The notes under the pieces: generated by a model
Told to the model about the DNA's origin: nothing
The model's database searches: none
Seen by the model: the letters and a program-made list of their open reading frames with translations, nothing else
Part shown: positions 33,370 to 44,649 of the stretch, one piece after another
Numbering within the stretch: the stretch's first letter is position 1
Layout: each line of letters opens with the position of its first letter
Position numbers and translations under genes: made by a program
NCBI RefSeq assembly: GCF_964213995.1
Contig: NW_027590242.1
Location: 124,001 to 188,000, forward strand
Direction of reading: 5' to 3'
From: Mustelus asterias
Taxonomy: Eukaryota
DNA: 64,000 nucleotides

Positions 33370-35629
33370 TGGAGATAGTGACCACAATTCGGTGTCTTTT
33401 GTTATTGCAATGGAGAGGGATAGGGCCGTACGGCAGGGCAAGGTTTACAATTGGGGGAGAGGTAATTATGATGCGATTAGGCAAGAATTAGGGGGCATAA
33501 GTTGGGAACAGAAACTGTCAGGGAAAGGAACTAATGAAAAATGGAACTTTTTCAAGGAACAAATACTGGGTGTCCTTGATAGGTATGTCCCTGTCAGGCA
33601 GGGAGGAAATGGCCGAGTGAGGGAACCATGGTTCACGAAAGAGGTGGAATGTCTTGTGAAAAGGAAGAGGGAAGCTTATGTAGGGATGAGGAAACAAGGT
33701 TCAGATGGCTCGATTGAGGGTTACAAGTTAGCAAGGAATGAGCTGAAAAAGGGGCTTAGGAGAACTAGGAGGGGACACGAGAAGTCCTTGGCGGGTCGGA
33801 TCAAGGAAAACCCCAAGGTTTTTTACTCTTATGTGAGGAATAAAAGAATGACCTTGGTGAGGTTAGGGCCGGTCAAGGACAGTAGTGGGAACTTGTGTAT
33901 GGAGTCAGTAGAGATAGGGGAGGTGATGAATGAATACTTTTCTTCAGTGTTCACCAAGGAGAGGGGCCATGTCTTTGAGGAAGAGAAGGTGTTACAGGCT
34001 AATAGGCTGGAGGAAATAGATATTCGGAGGGAGGATGTCCTGGCAGTTTTGAATAAACTGAAGGTCGATAAGTCCCCTGGGCCTGATGAAATGTATCCTA
34101 GGATTCTTTGGGAGGCAAGGGATGAGATTGCAGAGCCTTTGGCTTTGATCTTTGGGTCCTCGCTGTCCACGGGGATAGTGCCAGAGGACTGGAGAATGGG
34201 GAATGTTGTTCCTCTGTTTAAGAAAGGGAATAGAAATGACCCTGGTAATTATAGACCGGTTAGTCTTACTTCGGTGGTTGGTAAATTGATGGAAAAGGTC
34301 CTTAGGGATGGGATTTACGACCATTTAGAAAGATGCGGATTAATCCGGGATACTCAGCATGGATTCGTGAAGGGCAAGTCGTGCCTCACAAATTTGATTG
34401 AATTTTTTGAGGAGGTAACTAAGTGTGTTGATGAAGGTAGGGCAGTTGATGTCATATACATGGATTTTAGTAAGGCATTTGATAAGGTTCCCCATGGTCG
34501 GCTTATGATGAAAGTGAGGAGGTGTGGGATAGAGGGAAAGTTGGCCGATTGGATAGGTAACTGGCTGTCTGATCGAAGACAGAGGGTGGTGGTGGATGGA
34601 AAATTTTCGGATTGGAGGCAGGTTGCGAGCGGAGTGCCTCAGGGATCAGTGCTTGGTCCTCTGCTCTTTGTAATTTTTTATTAATGACTTAGAGGAGGGG
34701 GCTGAAGGGTGGATCAGTAAATTTGCTGATGACACCAAGATTGGTGGAGTAGTGGATGAGGTGGAGGGCTGTTGTAGGCTGCAAAGAGACATTGATAGGA
34801 TGCAAAGCTGGGCTGAAAAATGGCAAATGGAGTTTAACCCTGATAAATGTGAGGTGATTCATTTTGGTAGGACTAATTTAAATGTGGATTACAGGGTCAA
34901 AGGTAAGGTTCTGAAGACTGTGGAGGAACAGAGAGATCTTGGGGTCCATATCCACAGATCTCTAAAGGTTGCCACTGAAGTGGATAGAGCTGTGAAGAAG
35001 GCCTATAGTGTGTTAGCTTTTATTAACAGGGGGTTGGAGTTTAAGAGCCGTGGGGTTATGCTGCAACTGTACAGGACCTTAGTGAGACCACATTTGGAAT
35101 ATCGTGTGCAGTTCTGGTCACCTCACTATAAGAAGGATGTGGAAGCGCTGGAAAGAGTGCAGAGGAGATTTACCAGGATGCTGCCTGGTTTGGAGGGTAG
35201 GTCCTATGAGGAAAGGTTGAGGGAGCTAGGGCTGTTCTTTCTGGAGCGGAGGAGGCTGAGGGGAGACTTAATAGAGGTTTATAAAATGATGAAGGGGATA
35301 GATAGAGTGACCGTTCAAAGACTATTTCCTCGGGTGGATGGAGCTATTACAAGGGGGCATAACTATAGGGTTCATGGTGGGAGATATAGGAAGGATATCA
35401 GAGGTAGGTTCTTTACGCAGAGAGTGGTTGGGGTGTGGAATGGACTGCCTGCAGTGATAGTGGAGACAGACACTTTAGGAACATTTAAGCGGTTATTGGA
35501 TAGGCACATGGAGCACACCAGGATGATAGGGAGTGGGATAGCTTGATCTTGGTTTCAGATAAAGCTCGGCACAACATCGTGGGCCGAAGGGCCTGTTCTG
35601 TGCTGTACTGTTCTATGTTCTATGTTCTA
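33370..35629 (+). mobile_element. CR1 LINE, 5'-truncated, ORF2 with a single frameshift near 34680
   Basis: ORFs 33191..34684 and 34752..35546; frame changes at TAATTTTTTATTAATGAC; (TTCTATG)n tail. Confidence 0.93.
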
Positions 35630-36981
35630 AGAAGACGACCATCATCCCGGTACCTAAGAAAAATCAAGCAGCGTGCCTTAATAACTACCGGCCGGTGGCT
35701 CTGACATCCATCATGATGAAGTGCTTCGAAAGGTTTGTCATGGCACAAATCAATTCCAGCCTCCCGGACTACCTGGATCCACTACAGTTGCCTACCGCCG
35801 CAACAGGTCCACAGCAAGACGGCATTTCCCTGGCCTTGCACTCAACCCTGGATCACCTAGATAACCTATTTATCGACTACCGCTCAGCCTTCAACACTAT
35901 TATTCCACGAAACTCATCTCCATACTTCGTGGCCTGGGCCTCAGCACCTCCTTTGTGACTGGATCCTGAACTTCCTAACTCACAGACCACAATCTGTAAG
36001 GATAGGCAACAACACCTCCTCCCCGATCATCCTCAACACCGTGCCCCACAAGGCTGTGTTCTCAGCCCCCTACTACACTCCTAATATACCTATGACTGTG
36101 AGGCCAAATTCCCCTCCTATTCGATTTTCAAGTTTGCTGACGAGACCACTATAGTGGGTCGGATCTCAAACAATGATGAGACAGAGTACAGGAATGAGGT
36201 AGAGAATCTGGTGAACTGGTGCAGCAACAATAATCTCTCCCGCAATGTCAACAAAACGAAGGAGATTGTCATCGATTTCAGGAAGCGTAAAGGAGAACAT
36301 GCCCCTGTCTACATCAATGGGACGAAGTAGAAACGGTCGAGAGCTTCACGTTTTTAGGTGTCCAGATCACCAACTATCTGTCCTGGTCCCCTCATGCCGA
36401 CACTATAGTTAAGAAAGCCCACCAACACCTCTACTTCCTCAGATGACTAAGGAAATTTGGCATGTCAGCTACGACTCTTACCAACTTTTACAGATGCACC
36501 ATATAAAGCATTCTTTCTGGTTGTATCATAGCTTGGTATGTCCTGTTCTACCCAAAACTGCAAGGAACTACAAAAGGTCGTGAATGTGCCCAATCTATCA
36601 CACAAACCAGCCTCCCATCCATTGACTCTGTCCACACTTCCCGCTGCCTCGGCAAAGCAGCCTGCATAATTAAGGACCCCATGCACCCCGGACATTCTCT
36701 CCTTCACCTTCTTCCTTCTGGAAAAAGATACAAAAGTCTGAGGTCACGTACCAACCAACTCAAGAACACCTTCTTCCCTGCTGCCGTCAGACTTTTGAAT
36801 ATATTTACCTTGCATTAAGTTGATTTTTCTCTTCACCCTAGCTCTGACTGTAAGACTGCATTCTGCACACTCTCATTTCCTTCTCTATGAGCGGTATGTT
36901 TCGTCTATGTAGCGCGCAAGAAACAATACTTTTCACTGTATGTTAATACATGTGACAATAATAAATCAAATCAAATCAAAA
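35630..36981 (+). mobile_element. Rex1/Babar-type LINE, degenerate RT to 3' end
   Basis: [32 protein letters not shown]; (AATCA)n tail. Confidence 0.85.
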
Positions 36982-37068
36982 TCATACTTGGATCAGTATG
37001 TCTACAGCAGTCCCAATGAGTGTTGCAACATTTCAAGAGAGTCCCATTGGGTCCTATGGACGCCAGCA

Positions 37069-37141
37069 GTTTCTGTAGTGTAATGGTGGTTGCATTCGCC
37101 TCACACACAAAAGGCCCCTCGTTCAAAGCCATGCCGAAATA
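37069..37141 (+). pseudogene. tRNA-Val(CAC) pseudogene
   Basis: GTTTCTGTAGTGTAATGG...TTCGCCTCACAC...GTTCAAAGCC matches tRNA-Val(CAC) with decayed stems. Confidence 0.75.
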
Positions 37142-38049
37142 TTATTAACATTTGTTCATTCAGGGTGAGGGAAGTTTACATGATTTTAAATTTGTTGTTA
37201 AACATTATCCGAAACTCGATATTAAAGACATGTTATCTATCATTGCTCTGACCTCGGCTTCAAAATCTTTCAGCAAAATCAGAGATCTTGTATTTTTATG
37301 ACGCAATGAGAGGAAATAGATGTTCCTGTTTTGACACCGTGGACATATCAGCAACTTATTCAGTCCACAACAGAATTTAATGGCTTTGTTGATGCAGACT
37401 AACAAAGTTAATCATCATCTGAACCATGTCTAATAGCATTGTGTGCTCAAAAAGGCAGACACAAGTGAAACTGTAACTGAACTCGAGGAAATGACGCACA
37501 TTGCGCGGAACCATTATTTTAACATCGTTCTTCAGAGGAAACAAATAGGGAAAACCACTCTGACAGTTGAGGAAATCGAGAATTCGTGCGGATCTACTGG
37601 ACTTTCCTGCAGCTGAATGGGATTTAGACGTCTGAGTGTTTCATACGCAGAATAAAGAGAGATCAAGTATAACTAACAAATCATTCTTAAATGATCTTTA
37701 AGTTATCTTTAAAGATATTTGATTTTGTTTAAAAGCTGATTGTGGTCAATCTCAATGAAGCACCGTGACATGTGTATTACCCAGTGATTCGATTCCTTTT
37801 GTTGGTCAGTCATGTTTGCAATTCAATGTTTCCGATTTCGGAGATATTTCATTCAGAATGAGAAGATATGTGATTAATAAAAATATATTAATATTAAACA
37901 TTGAACAACGAACAAATATTGGATAGAACTGGTTGAAATTATTCGAAGGAAGATGAGAATGATGCATTGATGATTGAGCAGAAATCATTGCTTGCTTCAA
38001 TATTTGCCGGACGACCGCTGTTAAAGGTTGAACTTCAAGATAAGTTGAG

Positions 38050-39370
38050 AAATCAGGTGCCAGGTGTGCGAGCATCTTACGTAATTGTCGCACTGTGCTC
38101 CTGGAGAGCCGCAGCCGGCGGCGGCACGTCGCCTCCGAGACAGCCTCAAATAAATTTCTGGGCCTGTACCACCTTGCCCTCTCAACCTTTTTGAGAGACT
38201 GCTCACCCACCTCCTGGACCTCAGTGACAGCTCCCTGCTGTCCTTCCTGAGGGACTGGTATTGACTGCTCCTGCGGTGGTCTCCCCACACCCGCCGCCTC
38301 CTGAGCCACCTCCTCTTCCTCCTCATCCACCACCATAATGGCCAGCTCCAAATCTATTAATCTAAAATCCATCTGCACAATGGGGTTTGGAAAGACAAAG
38401 AATTACTGATTCGTGTCATTGGAAGCATAGACCCAGCACCACCCTAATTCCTCACTTGGGCCAATACTCCCAGTTGTGGGTACTGTCAACACCACACAAT
38501 CCATGGTGCCGGACGCGACCTGATTCGGTTGTGTGAAATTCCCATCATGACAAATGCTGGCACAGATTATGCAGGTGAGTGTGCAGCTGTGGCACTGCGC
38601 ACCCTTGAACAATTGCCATATGTGCAACTGCAGTATCCGTTACAGGCATGGTCAGTGTCACGGGGCAGAGGCAGAGTTAAATCATCACCGGATAGGTGCC
38701 CAGTGACAGCAGATTCCATGCAGTCGAAGTGCGAACCACCGCACCCCGGCCTGGAGCAGCAGCTGCTTGATGTGGTTAAGCCTCAGTCAGCACATGGTGC
38801 ACTGGCCCCTCTCCCTCCCCCGGAAACACAGTACTCAGTGCAGTTCCTAACCACACCCCAGGTCCAGATAATACCACTGCACAGTGCCCTCAAGGGGAAG
38901 GCTGAGCAGCACTCCTTCAGGGCCCCTTTTCCACAAAGTTATAGCAGTGCCCTCTGGGGGAAAGCTGAGCAGAACTCATTCAGGGCCCGCCCACCTAGAG
39001 CTCTGAGAAAAAAGAAGCCCCCCCCCCCCACCCCAACACCAAATCCGCCTCCCCACCCCGCCACCCCAGGTATCACTGGTCCACCAGCCAGCACCGGAAG
39101 ACAGCCAGGAGGAACCCCACCAAGCACCTCCAGTGCCTGCCAGCAACATCCCCCACATTCCTTTCGCTTCAGGTCCACAGCAGTCACGAAGCTTTGCAAA
39201 ACACTGCTTCAGCCTTATTGGAATCATGGAGGTGACTCTCCCAGAAAAATCCAAGTGTGGCATTCGCGGGAAAGCTGGAATAATTCACGCTGGTTTAATC
39301 AGCGGGAGTTCAGATTAGAGTCTCCCACACTTTGTACAATGCAGAGCTCACCGGCGCGAATATCATTAAA
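38050..39370 (-). mobile_element. PIF/Harbinger DNA transposon fragment (transposase N-terminus plus upstream sequence; extent approximate)
   Basis: YRPRNLFEAVSEATCRRRLRLSRSTVRQLRKMLAHL resembles the HARBI1-type transposase N-terminus. Confidence 0.6.
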
Positions 39371-40237
39371 TCTCAGGGGGCGGGGCCTATTCGCAATGGG
39401 GGGTGGGCTGAATTCAGCGGGCCTCTGCGCATGCGCAGTGACCCCGCTCGCTCGCTGGTCAGCCCGGGACCCCCGCAGTGTTCCTCCCCAAAACCTCCCA
39501 CGATCGTGGCCGCCCTGTCCATTTGCGGGCCAACCCCGAACCCCCACGTCCCAGACCGATCTCCAATCTGGCTCCTTCCCACAGTGGGAATAATCTCTCT
39601 CTCTAACGACTCGGCCCAGATGTCTCAGAGTTTTAAAACCTCTCTTGAATCCTCTTTCTACGTTCTACGCTCGAAGAAACAGACCCAGCTGCTTCCATCT
39701 ATCCACAAAACGGTACTTCCTTATTTCTGGTGTCATTCTCTTGAATCTTTTCCACCCACGCAGCAATACTTTAACATCCTCCCTGCAGTACAGAGTGCCG
39801 AACTAGAACAATGCTCTACTTGAGGCAGAATCAGTTTTTACAGCCGTGTAAATCACATTTTAACACATTTGTGCACATACATTAAGATAAACTCTTTATA
39901 CTTTCCTCATTAGCAAGCACAGACGGTTAACATACGAAACAATCATATTGGAAAGCAAGTCTCATACCGATATAAATCTAAGCCTCTGATCAACCTAGAC
40001 AGTTCAGAGCAAACAAATAAGGTTTTTATTTAGAGTGCAGTCAGTGTTGCAATGTTAGACATGGGGCAACCATGTTATGCAAAGCGATATCGCAAAAACA
40101 GCAATGTGAGACAAGGAGACCAATGTTTTTATCTTTCAAAGCTGTCGTCTGAGAAACAGCGATTGTCCCCAGGAAACAAAGACAATGTCACACACTTCCT
40201 CATAGCCCTGTTCACAGTACTGGCCCTGTGATCTTTA

Positions 40238-40790
40238 CTGAGTTACAGACTGGATTCGAATTGATGGGTTCAGGATGGTCTATACATAGAATAACAAATA
40301 ACTGGGAGTGAGTTACAGACCGGAATCCAAGCAATGAATCTAAGCAGAGGGTTTATATATAGGATAAGATACCCGGGAGTGTGTTACAGACTAGAATCTA
40401 ATCAAGGGTTTGGTGTGGTTTATATATGGAATAACAGATACCTGGAAATGAGTTCCAAACTGCAATCCAATCTCGGGGTTTGGGGTGGTTTATCTATAGA
40501 ATAACAGATACCCATAAGTGAGTTAAAGACTGGGGTCCAATCGAGGATTTTGGAGTGGTTCACATAAAATGACAGATACCTGGGAGTGAGTTACAGAGTA
40601 GAATCTAATTGAAAGGTTCATGGTGGTTTATGTACAGAATAACAGATACCTGGGAGCGTCATAAACTGGAATCTAATCGAGGGTTTCTGGTGGTTTATAG
40701 AACAACAGATACCCGGGAGTGAGTTACAAACTGGAATATAATCAAAGGTTTTCGAGTGGCTTAAATGTAGAATACGCTGGGAGTGAATTT
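40238..40790. repeat. ~68-bp tandem minisatellite (~8 copies) in the predicted 3'UTR of the receptor gene
   Basis: Unit approximately ATAACAGATACCCGGGAGTGAGTTACAGACTGGAATCTAATCGAGGGTTTGGGGTGGTTTATATAGA. Confidence 0.9.
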
Positions 40791-40825
40791 GTACCTGTCT
40801 CACTTCCCAAATCTATCTTGTTGCC

Positions 40826-41316
40826 TTACAATGTTGTCTTAAGTGTCACCTCCTCTGCTTCTGCTGAATATGTTACTGCACTTTGACCATCAGGTCCCTG
40901 TCCTCTGAGGAGTTGGTAGTCAGCATCTTTTGGTCGTTTCTTCAGGCTTGTGTATGTTGAATCTTGTACTGGAACCATCTGGGGAGTGTTAGGCTTAGTC
41001 TCATCCTGCCTTTGGAGGCTTGCAGCAGGCCCAGCCTCGGCCTGCTCTCTTATTGAGCCTGAGCTCGGCCCAGACTCGGCCTGAATTCTGAGGCTTGCAG
41101 CAGGCCCAGCCTCGGCCTGCTCGCTTAGTGAGCCTGCGCTAGGCCCAACCTTATCCAGCCTTCTGAGGCCTGCAGCAGGCCCAGCCTCGACCTCCACTGT
41201 CAGTTGCGAAGACCGCTTTGGCCTGCCCTGCACCCGTTGGCCAGTGGCCTGGGCTTGCTCCTTGGTGTCAGGTTGAGTTCCAGGACTTAGCAAATCAGAG
41301 TAAATTCCTTCTTCTC
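40826..41316 (-). CDS. IgSF receptor last coding exon: cytoplasmic tail with ITAM
   Basis: Acceptor TTTCCTCTTTGCAG, phase 1; GEEGIYSDLL...DSTYTSLKKRPKDADYQLL...KTTL*. Confidence 0.8.
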
Positions 41317-42094
41317 CTGCAAAGAGGAAAGATCAATTTCAGTGGAAAAAGAAACCTAAGAACAAGGAGCAGTTGGATGCAGTGAGCTTGGTTCTCGTCC
41401 TGTGGCACGATTATGCTGATCCTATCAACTCTATTCTCCACTCCACTCCCCGTTCTCTTTTAGAAAATGCCCGAAAATCTCTCAAACTCTGTCTTGAATC
41501 TACTCAATGAATGATCATCTACCGCTCTCTGGGTTAGAGAATTTCAAAGACTTACCACTCTGACTGAAAAGCCTGAAATTTGATCCCATACCCTGAAACC
41601 GTGACCCCCATATTCCAGACTCCGCAACCGGGGGAGACATCCGGTAAGCATGTTGCACTTGAAACTGTGAGAGATCTGTATACGTTTCAAACAGATCACC
41701 TCTTACACTATTTGCTTCCAGAATACTAATCTCATATCAGCCAATATCCCTCAGCCCAGGAGTCAGTAGCAAAATGATTTTCTCTGTATCGCTCGAATGT
41801 GAGTTAATTCGGTAAGGAGACCAAAACTGTTCGCAGTATTCCAGCTGTGACAGTACCAACGTAGCTCTAACAAGAATACCTCACTCTAATACACCAAATG
41901 CTTGTGTAAAAGAGGCAAACATGGGTTTCGAGCTGATTCCTGTGCCCGCCTGTTTGACAAATCTCCAGGCAAGGGAGATCGGGAGGCAGATTGACACAGA
42001 GACAGTCTGAGCATCTCCAAAATGATAAAATTACACTCAGTAATGTTTACAAATAAAAAATTCCCTCTTACACTGCCCCACAACCAAACATTCC

Positions 42095-42712
42095 GAACAG
42101 GTACAGCACGAGGTTAGGGACAGAATACATCTCCGTGTACATAGTTCCCATCAAACACTCCCAGGACAGGTACCGCACAAGGTTAGATACAAAGTAAAAC
42201 TCCCTCCACACTGTCCTCATCAAACGTTCCCAGAACAGGTAGAGCACAGAGTAAGATACAGAGTAAAACTTGCTCTACACTGTCTCCATCAAACACTCCC
42301 AGGCCAGGTATAGCACAGGGTTAGATACAGTGTGAAGCTCCCTCGAGACTGTCCCCATCAAAAACTCCCAGGACAGGTACCGGACGGGGTTACATACAGA
42401 GTAAAACTTCCTCTACACTATCCCCATCAAACACTCATCGGACAGGTAAAGCACAGGGCTCGATACAAAGTAAACCTTCATCGATACTGTCCCCCATCAA
42501 ACACTTCCAGGACAGGTACAGCTCAGGATTAGATACAGAGTACAACTTCCTCCACACTATCCCCCATCAAACATTCCCAGGACAGGTACAGCACGGTGTC
42601 AGATACAGAGTAAAACTCCCTCTACACTGTCCCCCATCAAACACTCCCAGGACAGGTACAGCACGGTGTTAGATACAGAGTAAAACTCCCTCTACACTGT
42701 CCCCATCAAACA
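42095..42712. repeat. ~69-bp tandem satellite (~9 copies), intronic
   Basis: Unit ACAGGTACAGCACGGTGTTAGATACAGAGTAAAACTCCCTCTACACTGTCCCCATCAAACACTCCCAGG. Confidence 0.92.
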
Positions 42713-42825
42713 ATCACCGTTGTACCGGCGGAAAACTGCTGACCTCGTCGTACCCACAGTAATGGACAGCAGTTTGTTAGGCAGAGTCAGACAGTTTTGG
42801 CGTACACGCTGGATTGAACCCCTAC

Positions 42826-42858
42826 CTTGGTTTTGTCTCCTTTTCTTTTCATTTTTAC
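42826..42858 (-). CDS. IgSF receptor 33-nt juxtamembrane basic micro-exon (SKNEKKRRQNQ)
   Basis: TTTTGCCTCTTATGTCTAG acceptor and G|GTAGGG donor, phase 1-1, keeps frame. Confidence 0.7.
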
Positions 42859-42984
42859 CTAGACATAAGAGGCAAAATAAGAGAAAGTCAGTATCAGATG
42901 ATATTGAGTCTCTGTTATCACTCCCTCCCTCTCCCCACTCTCTCCCTCTGCTGCCACCCTCCATCCCTCTCCGACTAAAACCCC

Positions 42985-43230
42985 AGTTCCAGTGCGAGAT
43001 TCCCTCTTTGCCGCACAGCACCAGTGCGAGATCTCCTGTCTCTCACAGCCCAGTGTGACATCCCCTGTCCCTCACACCCCCAGTGCGAAATCTCCTGTCT
43101 CTCACACCCCCAGTGTGAGATCCCCTGTCTCTCGCACTCCCAGTGTGAGATCCCCTGTCTCTCATACCCTCGTGCGAGGTCCCCTGTCACTCATACCCCC
43201 AGTGCGAGATCCACGACCTCTCACACTCAA
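42985..43230. repeat. ~30-bp tandem repeat (~8 copies)
   Basis: Unit CAGTGCGAGATCCCCTGTCTCTCACACCCC. Confidence 0.9.
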
Positions 43231-43298
43231 TGTTCGGGAAGCATTCTGGGATTAAGAGGAGATTGTTTGCTGCTATGAGAACAGACCCAACACTTAAC

Positions 43299-43409
43299 TG
43301 CTCTGCTGATGGCACAGATAGAAGGTGATCAGCAAAGCCGCCGTATAAACTGCCAAGAAAATTGCAGTAAGAATAATCTTCACTTTCTGGTACTGAACTG
43401 AGGAAACAT
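43299..43409 (-). CDS. IgSF receptor transmembrane exon
   Basis: TTCTATTTACAG acceptor; DVSSVQYQKVKIILTAIFLAVYTAALLITFYLCHQQS; 111 nt, phase 1-1; donor GTTAAG. Confidence 0.8.
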
Positions 43410-44291
43410 CTGTAAATAGAACAATATGGAGAAAGAGAGTCGTTCAATAGCAAATGACAACAGCAGGACATTCTCTCACATGCAGTGTGTGTGCGCTTGT
43501 GTGTCTCCGTACATTTGTGTGTGTGCATATGTGTCGCGTGTGTGCAGCCTTCTTGAAACGCTGCAGTCCTCGTGCTGTGTGATCCACAATGCCATCGTGA
43601 TTGTTAAAATTGAGTGTCTCGCTGGGCTATTTCTGACAGCAGTTGAGAGTCAACCACATTGCTGTTTTTCGATTCACAGGTGGACCAGTCAGGGTAAGGA
43701 CTGCAGTTTTTCTTCCCTAAAGGACAGTAGTGAACCCAACCATTTCCAAAAATGGTTTCATGCCACCAGCAGATTCTTAAATCCAGATTTTTGTTATTGA
43801 ATACAAATACCACTGTCTGTGAGTGCGTGTGTGCGTGAGTGTATGTATGTGTGTGCACATAAGNNNNNNNNNNNNNNNNNNNNNNNNNNNNNNNNNNNNN
43901 NNNNNNNNNNNNNNNNNNNNNNNNNNNNNNNNNNNNNNNNNNNNNNNNNNNNNNNNNNNNNNNNNNNNNNNNNNNNNNNNNNNNNNNNNNNNNNTGTTTG
44001 TGTGCATGAGTATGTGTGTATGAATGAAAAAAAAATTCACACTCCGGATGTTGTGCCTCCCAGATGGTGGACAGATTGTGGGGAGTTAGGAAGCGAGTTA
44101 ATTGACACAAGACTGCTTCATAGTGTCTGAGCAGTATCCTTCCTTATATCATGACGCAGAATATATTACAGTGACAGTGGTAGAATTGATCATCAACCCG
44201 CAGGTTAGGGGGGGATTCAGTGTTGGTAACGTCACTGAATGGCAAGGATTTGTTCATGCATTTGAGATGAAGTAAAACGATAGGTTGTTAC

Positions 44292-44591
44292 CTGGTTGAA
44301 TTCTGATATTGTTGCTGTAGCCACAAGTTTCTCCCAAATCAACAGTCTGCTCGACTCCTGCTGCAGCTTCCTTGCATTTATAAACCGTTTCTCCAAGCTG
44401 GGAATCGAGTGTGACATCCAAAATCATCCCACCAAACTTCAGCTCATGCCTCTGATCACTGATAACCTTCTTGTTCCCTCTGAACCACTCAACAGCCGAG
44501 TCACGCAAGCTGGAACACATCAGTTCCACTTTGCATGTCCCACTGCTGGGCTGCTTTCTCTCGAGGCAAATCTGCAGCTCTCCAGCAGTAC
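44292..44591 (-). CDS. IgSF receptor C2-type Ig-domain exon (CD2/SLAM-like)
   Basis: 300-nt phase 1-1 exon (TAG|GT...CCAG|GTAACA); GTCKVELMC...VEWFRG...ETVYKC...DLGETC. Confidence 0.85.
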
Positions 44592-44649
44592 CTAGTGTGA
44601 AAAAGAGATTCGTAACTCGAGCAGCTGGCTGCAAGCAAAGATCTATTTT

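Noticed and set aside
38529-39823. 354-aa and 163-aa plus-strand ORFs
   Set aside because: Pro-rich, no recognisable domain, within GC-rich transposon-like sequence
42095-42712. Regular ~69-bp repeats resembling a CRISPR array (also 40238-40790 and 42985-43230)
   Set aside because: Head-to-tail units with no unique spacers, eukaryotic context, no cas genes
40826-44591. Ig+TM exons as a TCR constant region or CD3 chain serving the V cluster
   Set aside because: Not C1-like; no basic or acidic TM residue; no CxxC stalk; no J segments seen; same-strand V segments lie downstream of it
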